Assembly: GCF_006345805.1 (NCBI RefSeq)
Contig: NC_043004.1
Span: forward strand, 48,608,001 to 48,672,000
From: Octopus sinensis
Lineage: Eukaryota
DNA: 64,000 nt
Direction: 5' to 3'
Positions 52,990 through 64,000 of this stretch are shown here, in pieces; within the stretch, counting starts at the first letter, position 1; every line of letters starts with the position of its first letter. The translations under genes were made by a program, and so were the position numbers. Under the pieces are notes generated by a model that worked only from the letters and a program-made list of their open reading frames with translations, did not search any database and was not told the origin of the DNA.

Positions 52990-53224
52990 TATAAGAAAAG
53001 AGATGACAAAAGAATAAATGATTATCTTATTAAGTTCATTAGCTTACAGCTGTTTCGACTATAAGATGCAGTGCACTCATAGGTGTGTGCCTGAGTAATG
53101 CCTTACAGTTTCATCAGAGCCTAAGTTGTTACTCAGAGTTCACCGCAACTTGTAGCAGAAACAGCTGTAAGCTAATGAAGTTCATAAGATAATTGTTTAT
53201 TCCTTTCTCATCTCTTTTCCTATA
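52990..53224. mobile_element. Fold-back PLE-like element
   Basis: Arms 52990-53056 and 53158-53224; inner 22 bp (53035-53056/53158-53179) are perfect. Confidence 0.75.
53041..53121 (-). ncRNA. Type I hammerhead motif (C3-G8) with enlarged stem II loop
   Basis: GGCU CUGAUGA a ACUGUAAG (36 nt) CUUAUAGU c GAAA CAGCUG UA|AGCU; palindromic stem III ACAGCUGU; A.C mismatch at 10.1/11.1. Confidence 0.7.
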
Positions 53225-53231
53225 CATGTTA

Positions 53232-53411
53232 TTTTATTCTTTTGTTTGTTTCAGTCATTTGACTGCAGCCATGCTGGAGCACATCTTTAGTTGAACAAAT
53301 TGACCCCAGCACTAGTAAACGTAGTACTTATTCTATTGGTCTCTTTTGCCAAACAGCTAAGTTATGGTGACGTTGGTTGTCAAGCAATGGTGGGGGCACA
53401 AACACTGATAC

Positions 53412-53463
<52 letters not shown>

Positions 53464-53623
53464 CGGGCTTCTTTCACTTTCTGTCTACCAAATTCACTTA
53501 CAAGGCTTTGGTTAGCCCAAAGGTATAGTAGAAGATACTTGCCCTAGGTGCCAAACAGTAGGACTGAACTGGGACCATGTAGTTGGTATGTAGGCTACTT
53601 ACCACACAGCCACTCTTACGCCT
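53232..53623 (-). mobile_element. SINE family A
   Basis: Full length, diverged. Confidence 0.9.
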
Positions 53624-53628
53624 ATACT

Positions 53629-53785
53629 ATCATCATCGTTTAACGTCCGTTTTCCGTGCTAGCACAGGTTGGACGGTTCAACTGGTGTCTGGGAAGCCAG
53701 GAGGTTGCACCAGGCTCCAGTCTGATCTGGCAGTGTTTCTACAGCTGGATGCCCTTCTTAATGCCAACCACTCCGTGAGTGTAGT
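53629..53785 (-). mobile_element. Family C retroposon 3' end
   Basis: catcatcgtttaacgtccgttttcc...gccaaccactccgtgagtgtag. Confidence 0.9.
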
Positions 53786-53811
53786 ATATATATATATATA
53801 TATATTTATAT

Positions 53812-54262
53812 AAGACTTTTTCACTTCCCGAGCATTATACTAATACATCTATTTGTTGTCTACACCACCTGTCTTCGTCTTTTATTTTTTTGTGAATTCT
53901 CCCTATATATATATAGATATATATATATATATATACACATATATTATACACGTGAAACCCTGGGTAGATATTAGAGCATTTATAGATAGAAGGTCTGCTC
54001 TAATATCTATACAGCCTTGGTTTTTATTCTTATTACGCAAAAATTCTTATATATGTATATATATACTTATATATATATATATGTGAAATAGAAAGATGAA
54101 TAATCTTGTAGCAGATTAATCAATTCACCAATAATATATAGCGTAGGCTCGAAACGTTAAAGACTTGTTTTATTTATATTTCCTGAGCGCCATACTAATA
54201 CAATTGTTCGTTTGTTTTCCACCTGCCTTCGTCTTTTGTCTATTTTCATAAAGCTTCCCGTT
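53812..54262 (+). mobile_element. Two fragments of another PLE-like repeat among (TA)n tracts
   Basis: Paralogous aagactt...atactaatac...ccacctg(t/c)cttcgtcttt at 53812-53905 and 54158-54262; half hammerhead ggctcgaaacgtt at 54146-54158. Confidence 0.5.
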
Positions 54263-54289
54263 ATATATATATATATATATATATTGTTG

Positions 54290-54917
54290 GCATCCTTTTT
54301 GTCTCAGGAGACAATGGAGTTGCGCATAAAGTAGTCTAGTCCGGCTTTTACATTTCATGTCCTGATACATTTCCTGCTGTGGCTGTGTAGTCCTATCCTG
54401 GACAAACACTCCCTCTGGCAGGTACCGCAAATGTAGCGAAGACTGTTCCTGGCTGGTTGTAATGCCATAGTTTCTTGTTGACGTCTCTTCTTTTCTTTCC
54501 ATTTCTCTTCTCTCTCTCTGTCACTCCTTTGTATTTCCTCTTTTACGGTACGTCGCCATTCTCCACGGTTGCCAGCAACTGCCTCCCAACTGCTAATATT
54601 GATGTTGCAGGCCTTCATGTCCCTTTTTCAAACATCCTTGTAATGTAAGATCGGTCTACCCACAGACCTAGCACCCCTAGCAAGCTCTCCGTAGAGTATG
54701 TCCTTGGGGATTCTGCCATCTTTCATATGGCTAACATGCCCAAGCCATCTCATACGTCTTTGTGTGAGGAGTGCAAACATGCTTGGTATTCCTGCTTGCC
54801 TGAGGACATCTTTGTTGGGGATATGATTCTGCCATTTGATGCGGAGGATTTTTCGGAGGCAGCGCAGGTGAAAGATGTTTAGGCGACGCTCTTGGCGTGT
54901 GTATAGCGTCCATGTGC
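54290..54917 (-). mobile_element. RTE-clade LINE ORF2 C-terminus with terminal zinc finger
   Basis: ERRLNIFHLRCLRKIL...RRMRWLGHV.HM.DGRIPKDILYGEL...GRP..YKDV*KRDMK...CGTCQRECLSRIGLHSHSRKC; one in-frame stop. Confidence 0.95.
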
Positions 54918-54925
54918 TATATATA

Positions 54926-54990
<65 letters not shown>

Positions 54991-54991
<1 letters not shown>

Positions 54992-55366
54992 CAGTGGCTG
55001 TGTGGTAAGCAGCTTGCTTTCCAACCACATGGTTCTGGGTTCAGTCCTATTGTGTGACACTTTGGGCAAGTATCTTCTACTATAGCCTCGGGCCGACCAA
55101 AGCCTTGTGAGTGAATTTGGTAGACAGAAATTGAAAGAAAACCATTGTATATGTGTGTAAGTGTTTGTGTGTCCGTCTCCCACCATTGCTTGACAACCGA
55201 TGTTGGTGTGTTTACATCCCCATAATTTAGTGGTTCGGCAAAAGAGATCAATAGAATAAGTACTAGTCTTACAAAGAATATTTCCTGAGGTTGATTTGTT
55301 CAACTAAAGGTGGTGCTCCAGCATGGCTGCAGTCAAATGACTGAAACAAATAAAAGAAAAAGAAAA
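54991..55366 (+). mobile_element. SINE family A
   Basis: Begins directly after a (TA)n tract; tail gactgaaacaaataaaag. Confidence 0.9.
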
Positions 55367-55400
55367 GAATATATATATATATATTGTTTAATATAAACAG

Positions 55401-55544
55401 TATATAGTTATGAGCTACTGACAGTTTCATACATTGAAGATATTATTTACAGAGGTTTTGAAACACACCTATTGTTTCCAAGTAGTTTTCAGGCTCTGAG
55501 TACATTCCCTGTACAAGTTACAAACCAGGACGATAGAGTTGATG
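55401..55544 (+). CDS. Candidate internal coding exon, product unknown
   Basis: AG acceptor at 55399-55400; consensus donor ATG|GTGAGT at 55545; 144 nt, phase 1-1, open (YSYELLTVSYIEDIIYRGFETHLLFPSSFQALSTFPVQVTNQDDRVD); no partner exon identified. Confidence 0.3.
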
Positions 55545-55780
55545 GTGAGTTCAAAAAATGGAAGGGTGACAAAAATGGAAAAAGAAAGAAAGAAAGAACT
55601 TTGGTTATGTTCCCTTTGACTGTTAAGTCATAAGGCTAGTGGTTTAGAATCAACAGAAGGGATCTAAGGTCTATGATACAGCTGGTCAATCCAGAGAGGG
55701 TGGTGTTCTCCAATTTGCCAAAAGAAACTCATCAATATGCTTTTACTGAAAATTTCTGATCTGGAATTCAGCAGTGGAAT

Positions 55781-56190
55781 AGGCGCAGGAGTGGCTATGT
55801 GGTAAGTAGCTTGTCTACCAACCACATGATTCCGGGTTCAGTCCCACTGTGTGGAACCTTGGGCAAGTGTCTTCTACTATAGCCTCGGGCCGACCAAAGC
55901 CTTGTGAGTGGATTTGGTAGACGGAAACTGAAAGAAGCCCATCATATATATGTATATATGTATATATGCGTGTGTGTGTTTGTGTGTCTGTGTTTGTCCC
56001 CTAGCATTGCTTGACAACCGATGCTGGTGTGTTTATGTCCCCGTTACTTAGCAGTTCGGCAAAAGAGACCGATAGAATAAGTACTGGGCTTACAAAAGAA
56101 TAAGTCCCGAGGTCGAGTTGCTCGATTAAAAGGCGGTACTCCAGCATGGCCGCAGTCAAATGACTGAAACAAGTAAAAGAGTAAAAGAGT
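55781..56190 (+). mobile_element. SINE family A, full length, young (reference copy)
   Basis: aggcgcaggagtggc head with ggttcagtccc B-box-like motif; gtaaaagagtaaaagag tail. Confidence 0.95.
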
Positions 56191-56465
56191 GTAGTGGAAT
56201 TCTTAGATCTAAAAAGGATATGTGATCTTTCAGCTTCATATAGCATGCATTTTTTGAATCATTAACAAATGGCATGGTTTTTTCAACAATTTTCCACATA
56301 ATTGTATGTGGCATGGAATTGGGGTCTTCAAACCCCATACATTGCTAGTCAACTTAACGGCTTTACTTTTGCCCATGTGCTGGAAAGAAAGAAGGTGAAG
56401 TCACCTTCACATAAACTGGTGTCATTTTTATTTATGGTTAGATTTATGGTTAGATTTATGGTTAG

Positions 56466-56697
56466 AGGCGGCAAGCTGGCAGAAACGTTAGCACACCGGG
56501 CGAAATACTTTGCGGTATTTCATCTGCCGTTATGTTCTGAGTTCAAATTCCGCCGAGGTCGACTTTGCCTTTCATCCTCTCGGGGTCGATAAATAAAGTA
56601 CCAGTTTCGCACTGGGTCGATGTAATCGACTTAATCCCTTTGTCTGTCTTTGTTTGTCCCCTCTATGTTTAGCCCCTTGTGGGTAGTAAAGAAATAT
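56466..56697 (+). mobile_element. SINE family B, full length, young (reference copy)
   Basis: aggcggcaagctggcagaaacgttagc head; 12-bp TSD atttatggttag at 56698-56709 and three copies at 56430-56465. Confidence 0.95.
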
Positions 56698-56960
56698 ATT
56701 TATGGTTAGATTATCATGTAGCATTGTGGTTAGGTTATCGTGTAACTTCTGCCTCATGTATGGTGGAGTTTATCATGCAGACCTGGTCAAATGAACAAGT
56801 TCCAGTGTCTCAACAGTCACAACTGGGAGTGGGCTCTCGTAGGTGTTTATGGGTAAGGATATTCTTTACATTGGGGCAGCAGCTATATGATAATTTAATT
56901 AATAGATGTTGTTTTGTTTCTCTGAGCAATTCAGCAAAAAAAGAGATTACTAAAATTTTT

Positions 56961-57348
56961 TTTTTTACTTGTTTCAGTCATTTGACTGCGGCCATGCTGG
57001 AGCACTGCCTTTAATCGAGCAACTCGACCCCGGGACTTATTCTTTGTAAGCCCAGTACTTATTCTATCGGTCTCATTTGCCAAACCGCTAAGTGACGGGG
57101 ACATAAACACACCAGCATCAGTTGTCAAGCAATGCTAGGGGGACAAACACAAACATATACACACACATATATATATATATATATAAGACGGGCTTCTTTA
57201 AGTTTCCGTCTACCAAATCCACTCACAAGGATTTGGTCGGCCCGAGGCTATAGTAGAAGACACTTGCCCAAGGTGCCACGCAGTGGCACTGAAGCCGGAA
57301 CCATGTGGTTGGTAAACAAACCACTTACCACACAGCCACTCCTGCGCC
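56961..57348 (-). mobile_element. SINE family A nested in an older family A copy
   Basis: Full length; degenerate family A sequence on both flanks. Confidence 0.9.
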
Positions 57349-58350
57349 TGGAGTATAAGTATGAGTCTTATAAAATAAGTATGAGTCTTTGAAAAATAAG
57401 TCCTGGGAATAATTTGATTGACTATAACCTTTCAAGGTGGAACTTCAGCATGGCCACAATCCAATGACTAAATATTAACCGGTACTGTTGAAAATATACA
57501 AGTCAAATTTTTATTAACTACAACAACATAAAATGCTGTCGTATTTATTCTTCTGCTACATGCAGCTTCAACATTTCTTTGTTTTGCATCGAATAGAAAA
57601 CGAAAATATTTGGACCTTCTTCATATTAACTTGGTGATATCTTAAATAAATTTTCATTGTAAAAATGAAAAGGAAACTTGCCTTTGAAAGGAATATAAAA
57701 ACTGGTGGAGATAAATTTGTCATAGTTCAGAAAACCTGACAAAAACTGCTGAAAGTTTTGGACATAAACATTGGAACTTAATATTGGAGATTGGCAGATG
57801 TATTAACAATGTATTGATTCTACAGAAGTCTCGGGAATGATTATTAGAACAACTGAAGGACCTAAATTTATTTCTCTGACACAGGAATATTATCTTTCTC
57901 TTTTATATAGCTGTTATGCGCATGTGTGTGTGTGTGCGTGTGTGTGTGTGTATGTGTATGTATGTGTGTGTGTGTGGTGTGTGTGTGTGTGTGTGTACAT
58001 ATTTTAGAGAGAGGGAGAGATAGATAGATCATCATCGTCATTGTTGTTGTCATCATTTAAAATATACTTTCCATGCTTGCATGAGTCAGAAAGAATTTGT
58101 TTAGGCAAATTTTCTACAGCTGGATGTCCTTCCTGTTACAAACTCTCAAGCTAATGTCTCCTTGTCTTTTACTATAGCCCTGAGCTAACCAATGCCTTGC
58201 AAGTGGATTCAAGGATGGAAACTATATGGAAGCTCATCATTTGTGTGTGTGTGTGTGTGTGTGCACCCGCATGTGCATATGCATGTATGCATGTGTGTTT
58301 GTCTTTTTGTTTGTCCCCCTTCATAGTTGATAGAATAATACCATACTTAA

Positions 58351-58498
58351 CCCTTTAGCATTCAGATTTCTCTATCAAATGTAATACTTACCTATTCCCA
58401 TTGTTGCTCTGAGATTTTGATGATGTGAATCTTGCTGATTTGAACATCAAACGGGTAGAATATTTTGACCAGATATGACTTGTTTAAATGCTAAAAGA
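58351..58498. mobile_element. piggyBac-type MITE, 148 bp
   Basis: TTAA TSDs at 58347-58350 and 58499-58502; TIRs ccctttagcatt / aatgctaaaaga; inserted in a decayed family A SINE. Confidence 0.75.
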
Positions 58499-58604
58499 TT
58501 AAACTAAACACTGGGGTTGATTGATTTGACTAACATTGCTAGGCAGTGCTCCAGTATGGCTACAGTCCAATGCACAAACCAAGTAAAAAAAATCAAGTAT
58601 GGAT

Positions 58605-58870
58605 ACAATTGAAGACCTTAGCTTCTGGGACTTCATTCCATAAACACAAGTGCAGTATTTTATGCAGGCAGATTAGATGGAATCTACTGAGCTTTTGACT
58701 GTGCCCGCTGTAAACTGCTCCTATCTCATTAGTATACAGCAAAGTTAGCAAAACAGTGTCTGTGTAGACCTTTAACTTGGTTTGGAAATCATGACACTTC
58801 TAGACATTTTTGTCAAGTTTGCTCAAGGCTGTTCTGCCCTTGATGTACTTCGTTGTCAATGTGGACAAAT
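58605..58870 (-). mobile_element. Old RTE LINE fragment
   Basis: TKLKVYTDTVLLTLLY..E...VY..H..KL..FHL.CL.KIL. Confidence 0.75.
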
Positions 58871-58984
58871 GGGAAGGAGCTGCTAATGTGCATGAACTGT
58901 TTTAGAATGTAATTCTTTTTGAATCACTCTAAATGGTCCTTTTATGAGTTTACATAGAGTTTAGAGGTTAAATATTGTTGTCTG

Positions 58985-59200
58985 AAGGTGGCAAGCTGGC
59001 AGAAATGTTAGCCCACCAGGCAAAATGCTTAGCGGTATTTTATCTGACTTTATGTTCTCAGTTCAGATGTCTCCAGGGCCAACTTTGCCTTTCATCCTTT
59101 TGAGGTCGACAAAATAAGTACCAGTTGAACACTGTGTTTGATGTAATCAACTTAGCCCCTCCCCGAAATTACTGGCCTTGTGCAAAAAAATTGAAACCAA
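58985..59200 (+). mobile_element. SINE family B, diverged
   Basis: aaggtggcaagctggcagaaatgttagc head and family body. Confidence 0.85.
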
Positions 59201-59239
59201 TATTATTTGTTGTCTATCTTTAAGTCAAATATTCAGTAT

Positions 59240-59640
59240 ATCATCAAGCAAATGCCATCTTGAAAGAAATCAAGTCAACAGTTTAGACATGGTTGAAAAA
59301 GAATGATAAAATCTGGCTGGAGAGATGATGTGAGGGTGTGAGGTAGATACCTATTTGCTTATGTGGTAAGTCAGACCTGCATGGCTCCACAATTTGTATA
59401 TTGGTGATGATCCTGGAATGGACTTAAGAATAAATACTAGTCAGTTGATTCAGTAGATAGGGCCTCATATCAGTGAGTGGGGCTGGTGCACTGTAAAGCA
59501 TTAAAAGAAGCCTCAAAGCAGTGCACAGTCTCTCCTGATGACCTCTGAAACCAACATGCATCTGGTATGCAGAGCTTTTCATTGACTGCATCTGCACAAG
59601 CAAGTTGTTTCTGAGACTTGGTTCCTATGAGAGCACACTC
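59240..59640 (+). mobile_element. HERO/R2-like LINE 3' fragment, older copy
   Basis: AILKEIKSTV*TWLKKNDKIWLER* aligns with the C-terminus at 61540-61600; shares gggcctcatatcagtgag...tctcctgatgacc 3' UTR. Confidence 0.5.
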
Positions 59641-59667
59641 TAGCTTTCATGGAGATAATGAAGTCTT

Positions 59668-59892
59668 CGAGCTGGCAGAAATGTTAGCACGCCGGGCGAA
59701 ATGCGTAGCCGTATTTCGTCTGCCATTACGTTCTGCGTTCAAATTCCGCCGAGGCCAACTTTGCCTTTCATCCTTTCAGGGTCGATTAATTAAGTACCAG
59801 TTACGCCCTGGGGTTGATGTAATCGACTTAATCCATTTGTCTGTCCTTGTTTGTCTCATCTGTGTTTAGCCCCTTGTGGGTAGTAAAGAAAT
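59668..59892 (+). mobile_element. SINE family B, young
   Basis: Near-identical to 56466-56697. Confidence 0.95.
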
Positions 59893-60029
59893 ATATCAGG
59901 ATTCCGTTCACATTTGGGATAATTATAAGAGTATATATTGATTTCATAACAGGTATCTGTCGACTTCAGAATGATGAAAAGCAAAATTATCTGCTCTTAA
60001 ATTATGGGCACTAGGGTGGTACTAAGGTG

Positions 60030-60222
60030 TTCAGCTGGCAGAATCATTAGTGGTTTTTCATCCATTGCTACATTCTGAGGTCAGATTCCACTGATGTCAG
60101 CTTTGCTTTTCCTCCTTTTGGCGGTCAGTAAAATAAGTACCAGTTCAGCTCTGGAGCCAATGTAATCAACTTATCAATCCCCTCCCCCAAAATTGCTGGC
60201 ATTGTGCCAAAATTTGAAACAA
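60030..60222 (+). mobile_element. SINE family B, degenerate
   Basis: cagctggcagaatc head; aaataagtaccagttc body. Confidence 0.75.
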
Positions 60223-61289
60223 TATACTGAGGTAGTGGAATGGTTTAATTCAATTAACAGTGCTTCCTTTTTGTTTATCGAAATAATTTTAGCCTAAGCA
60301 AACAAAAAGAGTGTTAAGCATTATACCCTTGTCATGTTAAATAACAGCTCTCCATCCTGTTTCAAGACCCTCTGTCTAATTATATACTGTATTCAAATCA
60401 TTAAATAAAGAATGCGGTTCCTTTCTCACCCACTTCCTATTTTACCCTACTCAAAACGAAATTTGTCCTATTTGCTCTCTCATTTCAATATACTTCCTTC
60501 ACCGATATTCAAGCAACATCTTAGAATTTGAGATTTCTTTTTTTTTTGGCTTTGTTTTACAATAAAATTTAATTTTTTAAACAAAAAATTTTTTCTATCA
60601 CCTCCACCACCCCACCACCAACATAACCACACTGACCCTGCCACTATCACCACCCTCATCACCACTGTCACTGCCTACCACTATCGTCAATCACCCACTA
60701 CTATCAATCCACCACTCCTAACAATTCACCATCAACACCACTACCACTAAAAACTTCAAATGCTTTTTCATTTAATATTTAGTGTATCCTTGTTTGGTCT
60801 CTGCACCAAATTGATGTGTGTGTATGTGTGTGTGTCCCTACCCTAGCTTACTTGAGAAACTGATGGAATGTTCTTCCCAACTTGATAAAATGTGTATAAA
60901 AAAAAGCCATCTGATTTGCAGATAATCTTACGGTATTTCATCATTTATAAACCGTTATCATCTTACCATCATGTTGCTTTATCTCTTGGCTGCCAAAGAC
61001 TGTCTGCCAATATTGGTTGCCTTCTAGATCTCTCTTTCACAACTTTGAGCTGGTCTTTTTAGCTTTTTATCTTTTATTTGTTTCTGTTATTGACTGCGGC
61101 CATGCTGGGGCATTGTCTTGAAGGATTTTAGTCAAACAAACTGGCCATGGTACTTATGCCTCTTTTGAAAAAAAAATTCTGGTATTTAATCTATTGGTCT
61201 CTTTTACCGATCTGCTAAGTTACTGGGAGGTAAACAAACCAACAGTAGTTGTCGAATATTGCAAGGATTGACACAAATACATGCACATG

Positions 61290-61334
<45 letters not shown>

Positions 61335-61339
61335 CAGTG

Positions 61340-61800
61340 GATCATATATCCAAAAAGGATGCACGCTCTAAAAGTTAGAGCAGTAATGTATTTACACAGA
61401 GTTATGTAAACCTCCTCGAGGAATGTGAAGACATAGGCTGGAAAGCCCAATTGAAGTCGGATGTAGAGGGTTTGTTGGACACAGCATGAGATGACTGTTG
61501 TTATCGTTAGGCCTATGACCGATATCCAAACTACAATAGAGAAGGCTAGCCACTGGATTTGGTCAAAAAGAGACAATGAGCGATGGCTAGAAGAATATTG
61601 AGCTATCTTTGATAACCAGTTGATCTAGCAAGTGGGGCCTCATATCAGTGAGGGGGGTCAGTGCGCATTGATGCTGTCGAGAGGTAGGCCCCGAAATGGT
61701 GCACATTCTCTCCTGATGACCCCATACACTTACTGGCTTCCGGTATGCAGAGTTTTTAACTGGTAGCACTTGCATGTGCAAGTTGTTTGCAAGACATATG
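61340..61800 (+). mobile_element. HERO/R2-like LINE 3' end (restriction-like endonuclease tail and 3' UTR)
   Basis: NLLEECEDIGWKA/IEVGCRGFVGHS...IEKASHWIWSKRDNERW*, one frameshift. Confidence 0.7.
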
Positions 61801-62084
61801 TCCAATCATAGAATAACCAATGGTTTCACATAGCTTTGCTTTATAGACAACTTGTTAGATTCCAATGGCCACAGGCATATATGCTCTCTTCAAACAGGAG
61901 GTAGAAAACTGTTATGGTCAGTTAATTTGTAAACAAAAGAATGATATAAACGGTCTTAGCCTTAAACTCGTCCTATCTCAATCATGTTCCATTAATGTAT
62001 AGAGTGCACTGGAAAGAGTTTCCTGAAGGGATTAAAGAAACATTACTAATTCATTTTTCTTCAAAATACTTTAATAATTTAATT

Positions 62085-62375
62085 TTTATTTGTTTCAGTC
62101 ATTAGATTATAGCCATGCTGGGGCATCATCTCAATGAATTTTTTTTAGTCAAATGAGCCAACCCCAGTACTTTTTTAAGCCTGATACTTATTTTATCAAT
62201 ATCTTTTATCGAACCACTAAGTTACAGTGGTGGAGAACAAACACACACACACAACAGGCTTCTTTCAGTTTCTGTCCACCAAATCCACTCACAAGACCTC
62301 AGTCAGCTCGAGGTCATAGTAGAAGACATTTTCCCAAGCTGCAGTGGGACTGAACCTGGAACCACACAGCCACAC
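62085..62375 (-). mobile_element. SINE family A, degenerate
   Basis: ttgtttcagtcatt tail through gaacctggaaccacacagccac head. Confidence 0.8.
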
Positions 62376-62659
62376 CTGAATTAATTTATCAATGTCAAAT
62401 CACAGACTATATTTCTGTCAATTAAGGAAAATTTATTAGATCAGTGGTTCTCAAACTGACCAGCACACCACCACTACTACAAAGAAAAGAAAAAAAGAAA
62501 AATAGTTCCCTACTCTTTTAATGAGACGACAAAATGGAGCTAACATCCATAGAATTCTTTCCTTGCAACAGTGCTGGATATCTATACAAAGTTTAAAACT
62601 CTAATTTTATTGAACCTGGCTGTTTTCACTTTCTGTCAATCTCTGAAGTTCTCTCCTCA

Positions 62660-63340
62660 TGAGAAATATTGGTATAAATCAAATATAGAATAAAGCGAGC
62701 AGAGAGGCCAAATATAGAGTGTGTGGATACTGGATAGACCAAAGATAATGTAGCAGACATTACATAGACCAAATATAGAGTATGTGAACATTGGATATGG
62801 CTCAGTGGTTAGAGTGTCGAGCTTACGATCGTGAGGTTGTGAGCTCGAATCTCGGACCGGGCTGCGTGTTGTGTTCTTGAGCAAGACACTTTATTTCATG
62901 TTGCTCCAGTTCACTCAACTGTAGAAATGAGTTGCGACATCACGGGTGCCATGCTATATCAGCTGATGCCTTTCCCCTGGATAACACTGGTGTCGTGGAG
63001 AGGGGAGGCCGGTATGCATGGGCGACTGCTGGTCTTCTATAAACAACCTTGCTCGGACTTGTGCCTTGGAAGGTAACTTTCTAGGTGCAATCCCATGGTC
63101 AGTGCCGAACGTTGGATAGACCAAATATTGTGTAAACACTAAATAAATGTAGGTGGATATGGACAGACAAAATATAGGGTTGATACTAAACAGAGTATTT
63201 ATAGTGTGGATACAGGATGGTGTAAATATTAAATGTAGACATTAAATAAACCCAATACATAGTATGTGGATACTACTGAATAAAGATGTGTATATGTTGT
63301 ACACTAAATATAATGTGTACACCTTGGACACCAAATAAAC
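62660..63340. repeat. Degenerate minisatellite (ccaaatatagagtgtgtggatac-like) split by a family D SINE
   Basis: Units at 62660-62795 and 63105-63340. Confidence 0.55.
62797..63102 (+). mobile_element. SINE family D
   Basis: atggctcagtggttagagtgtcgagc head; body as at 13898. Confidence 0.9.
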
Positions 63341-63567
63341 AAAATGTAAAACATTGAAAGATTTAACTTCTTGCTTGTCCAAAGCATTTCCATTGGTCTG
63401 TCCTAGACATCCATGTTTGTTCTCAGACTTTTAGCTTGCCCTTGTTTCATATGTTCTGAGTGATATAAAGCATTTTTTTTCAATAAGTCCCAATTTACAC
63501 CGGTGATTGAAAGAATTGAGAATGCATGGATATGTCAGGGAAATATGTCCTGTGTATCTCATGTCAT

Positions 63568-63905
63568 GAAGGTGCATGGCTCAGTGTTTAGAACGTTGGG
63601 CTCACAATCATGAGGTAGTGGTTTCGATTCCTGGGCTCGGCTATATGTTGTGCTTTTCAGCAAGACAGTTTATTTCATATTGCTCCAGTTCACTCAGCTG
63701 TAGAAATGAGTTTGCAACGTCACTGATGTTAAGCCATATCACCTCTTGCCTTTCCCTTGGATAACACCGGTAGTGTGGAGTGGGGGGGGGGCAGTATGCA
63801 TGGCTAACTGCTGGTCTTCCACAAACAACTTATACTAGACTTGTGCCTCGAAGGGTAACTTTCTAGGTGCAGCCTCATGGTCATTCATGACTGAAGGGGT
63901 TCTTT
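63568..63905 (+). mobile_element. SINE family D
   Basis: gaaggtgcatggctcag head; ggtcattcatgactgaagggg tail. Confidence 0.9.
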
Positions 63906-64000
63906 TTGTCTTTTATTTTAATCTTTTTATTTGTTTCAGTCATTGGACTGTGGCCATGCTGGGACACCTCCTTGAAGGGTTTATTTGAACAAATCATCCC

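Noticed and set aside
55781-55860. SINE heads as functional tRNA genes (all families)
   Set aside because: They have A/B-box-like motifs but no complete cloverleaf and continue into SINE bodies.
61690-61725. GAAA...CUGAUGA in the HERO-like 3' UTR
   Set aside because: The flanks (cccc/cccc) cannot form stem II.
62444-62460. hAT-Charlie-like TIR cagtggttctcaaact
   Set aside because: Single end only; no partner TIR or TSD.

Overview
AT-rich, microsatellite-dense animal genomic DNA. The repeat landscape is most consistent with an octopod cephalopod; this is inferred from recalled SINE families, not from a database search. No host protein-coding gene could be established; there is one candidate 144-nt exon on the + strand at 55401-55544. 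Most of the window is transposon-derived: at least five SINE or non-autonomous retroposon families, LINE remnants (RTE, RTEX, Tx1/L1, HERO-like, possibly CR1), Penelope-like element (PLE) fragments, an RT-deleted Gypsy element with both LTRs and a 5-bp TSD, a solo LTR, two mariner deletion derivatives and piggyBac/Tigger-type MITEs. The headline observation is a set of minimal type I hammerhead ribozyme motifs in four unrelated PLE-like non-coding repeats. They have palindromic stem III sequences and use three different Watson-Crick pairs at the tertiary 3-8 position (C-G, U-A, G-C). Three sit inside fold-back inverted repeats. Every copy with a recognisable core is on the - strand, while + strand copies lack the core. 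Inverted repeats across the window also show a G.U-over-A.C bias on the + strand. Together these suggest a + strand host transcript that excludes sense-oriented self-cleaving RNAs. All alignments and folds were done by eye, repeat boundaries are approximate unless a TSD is given, and no activity is demonstrated.
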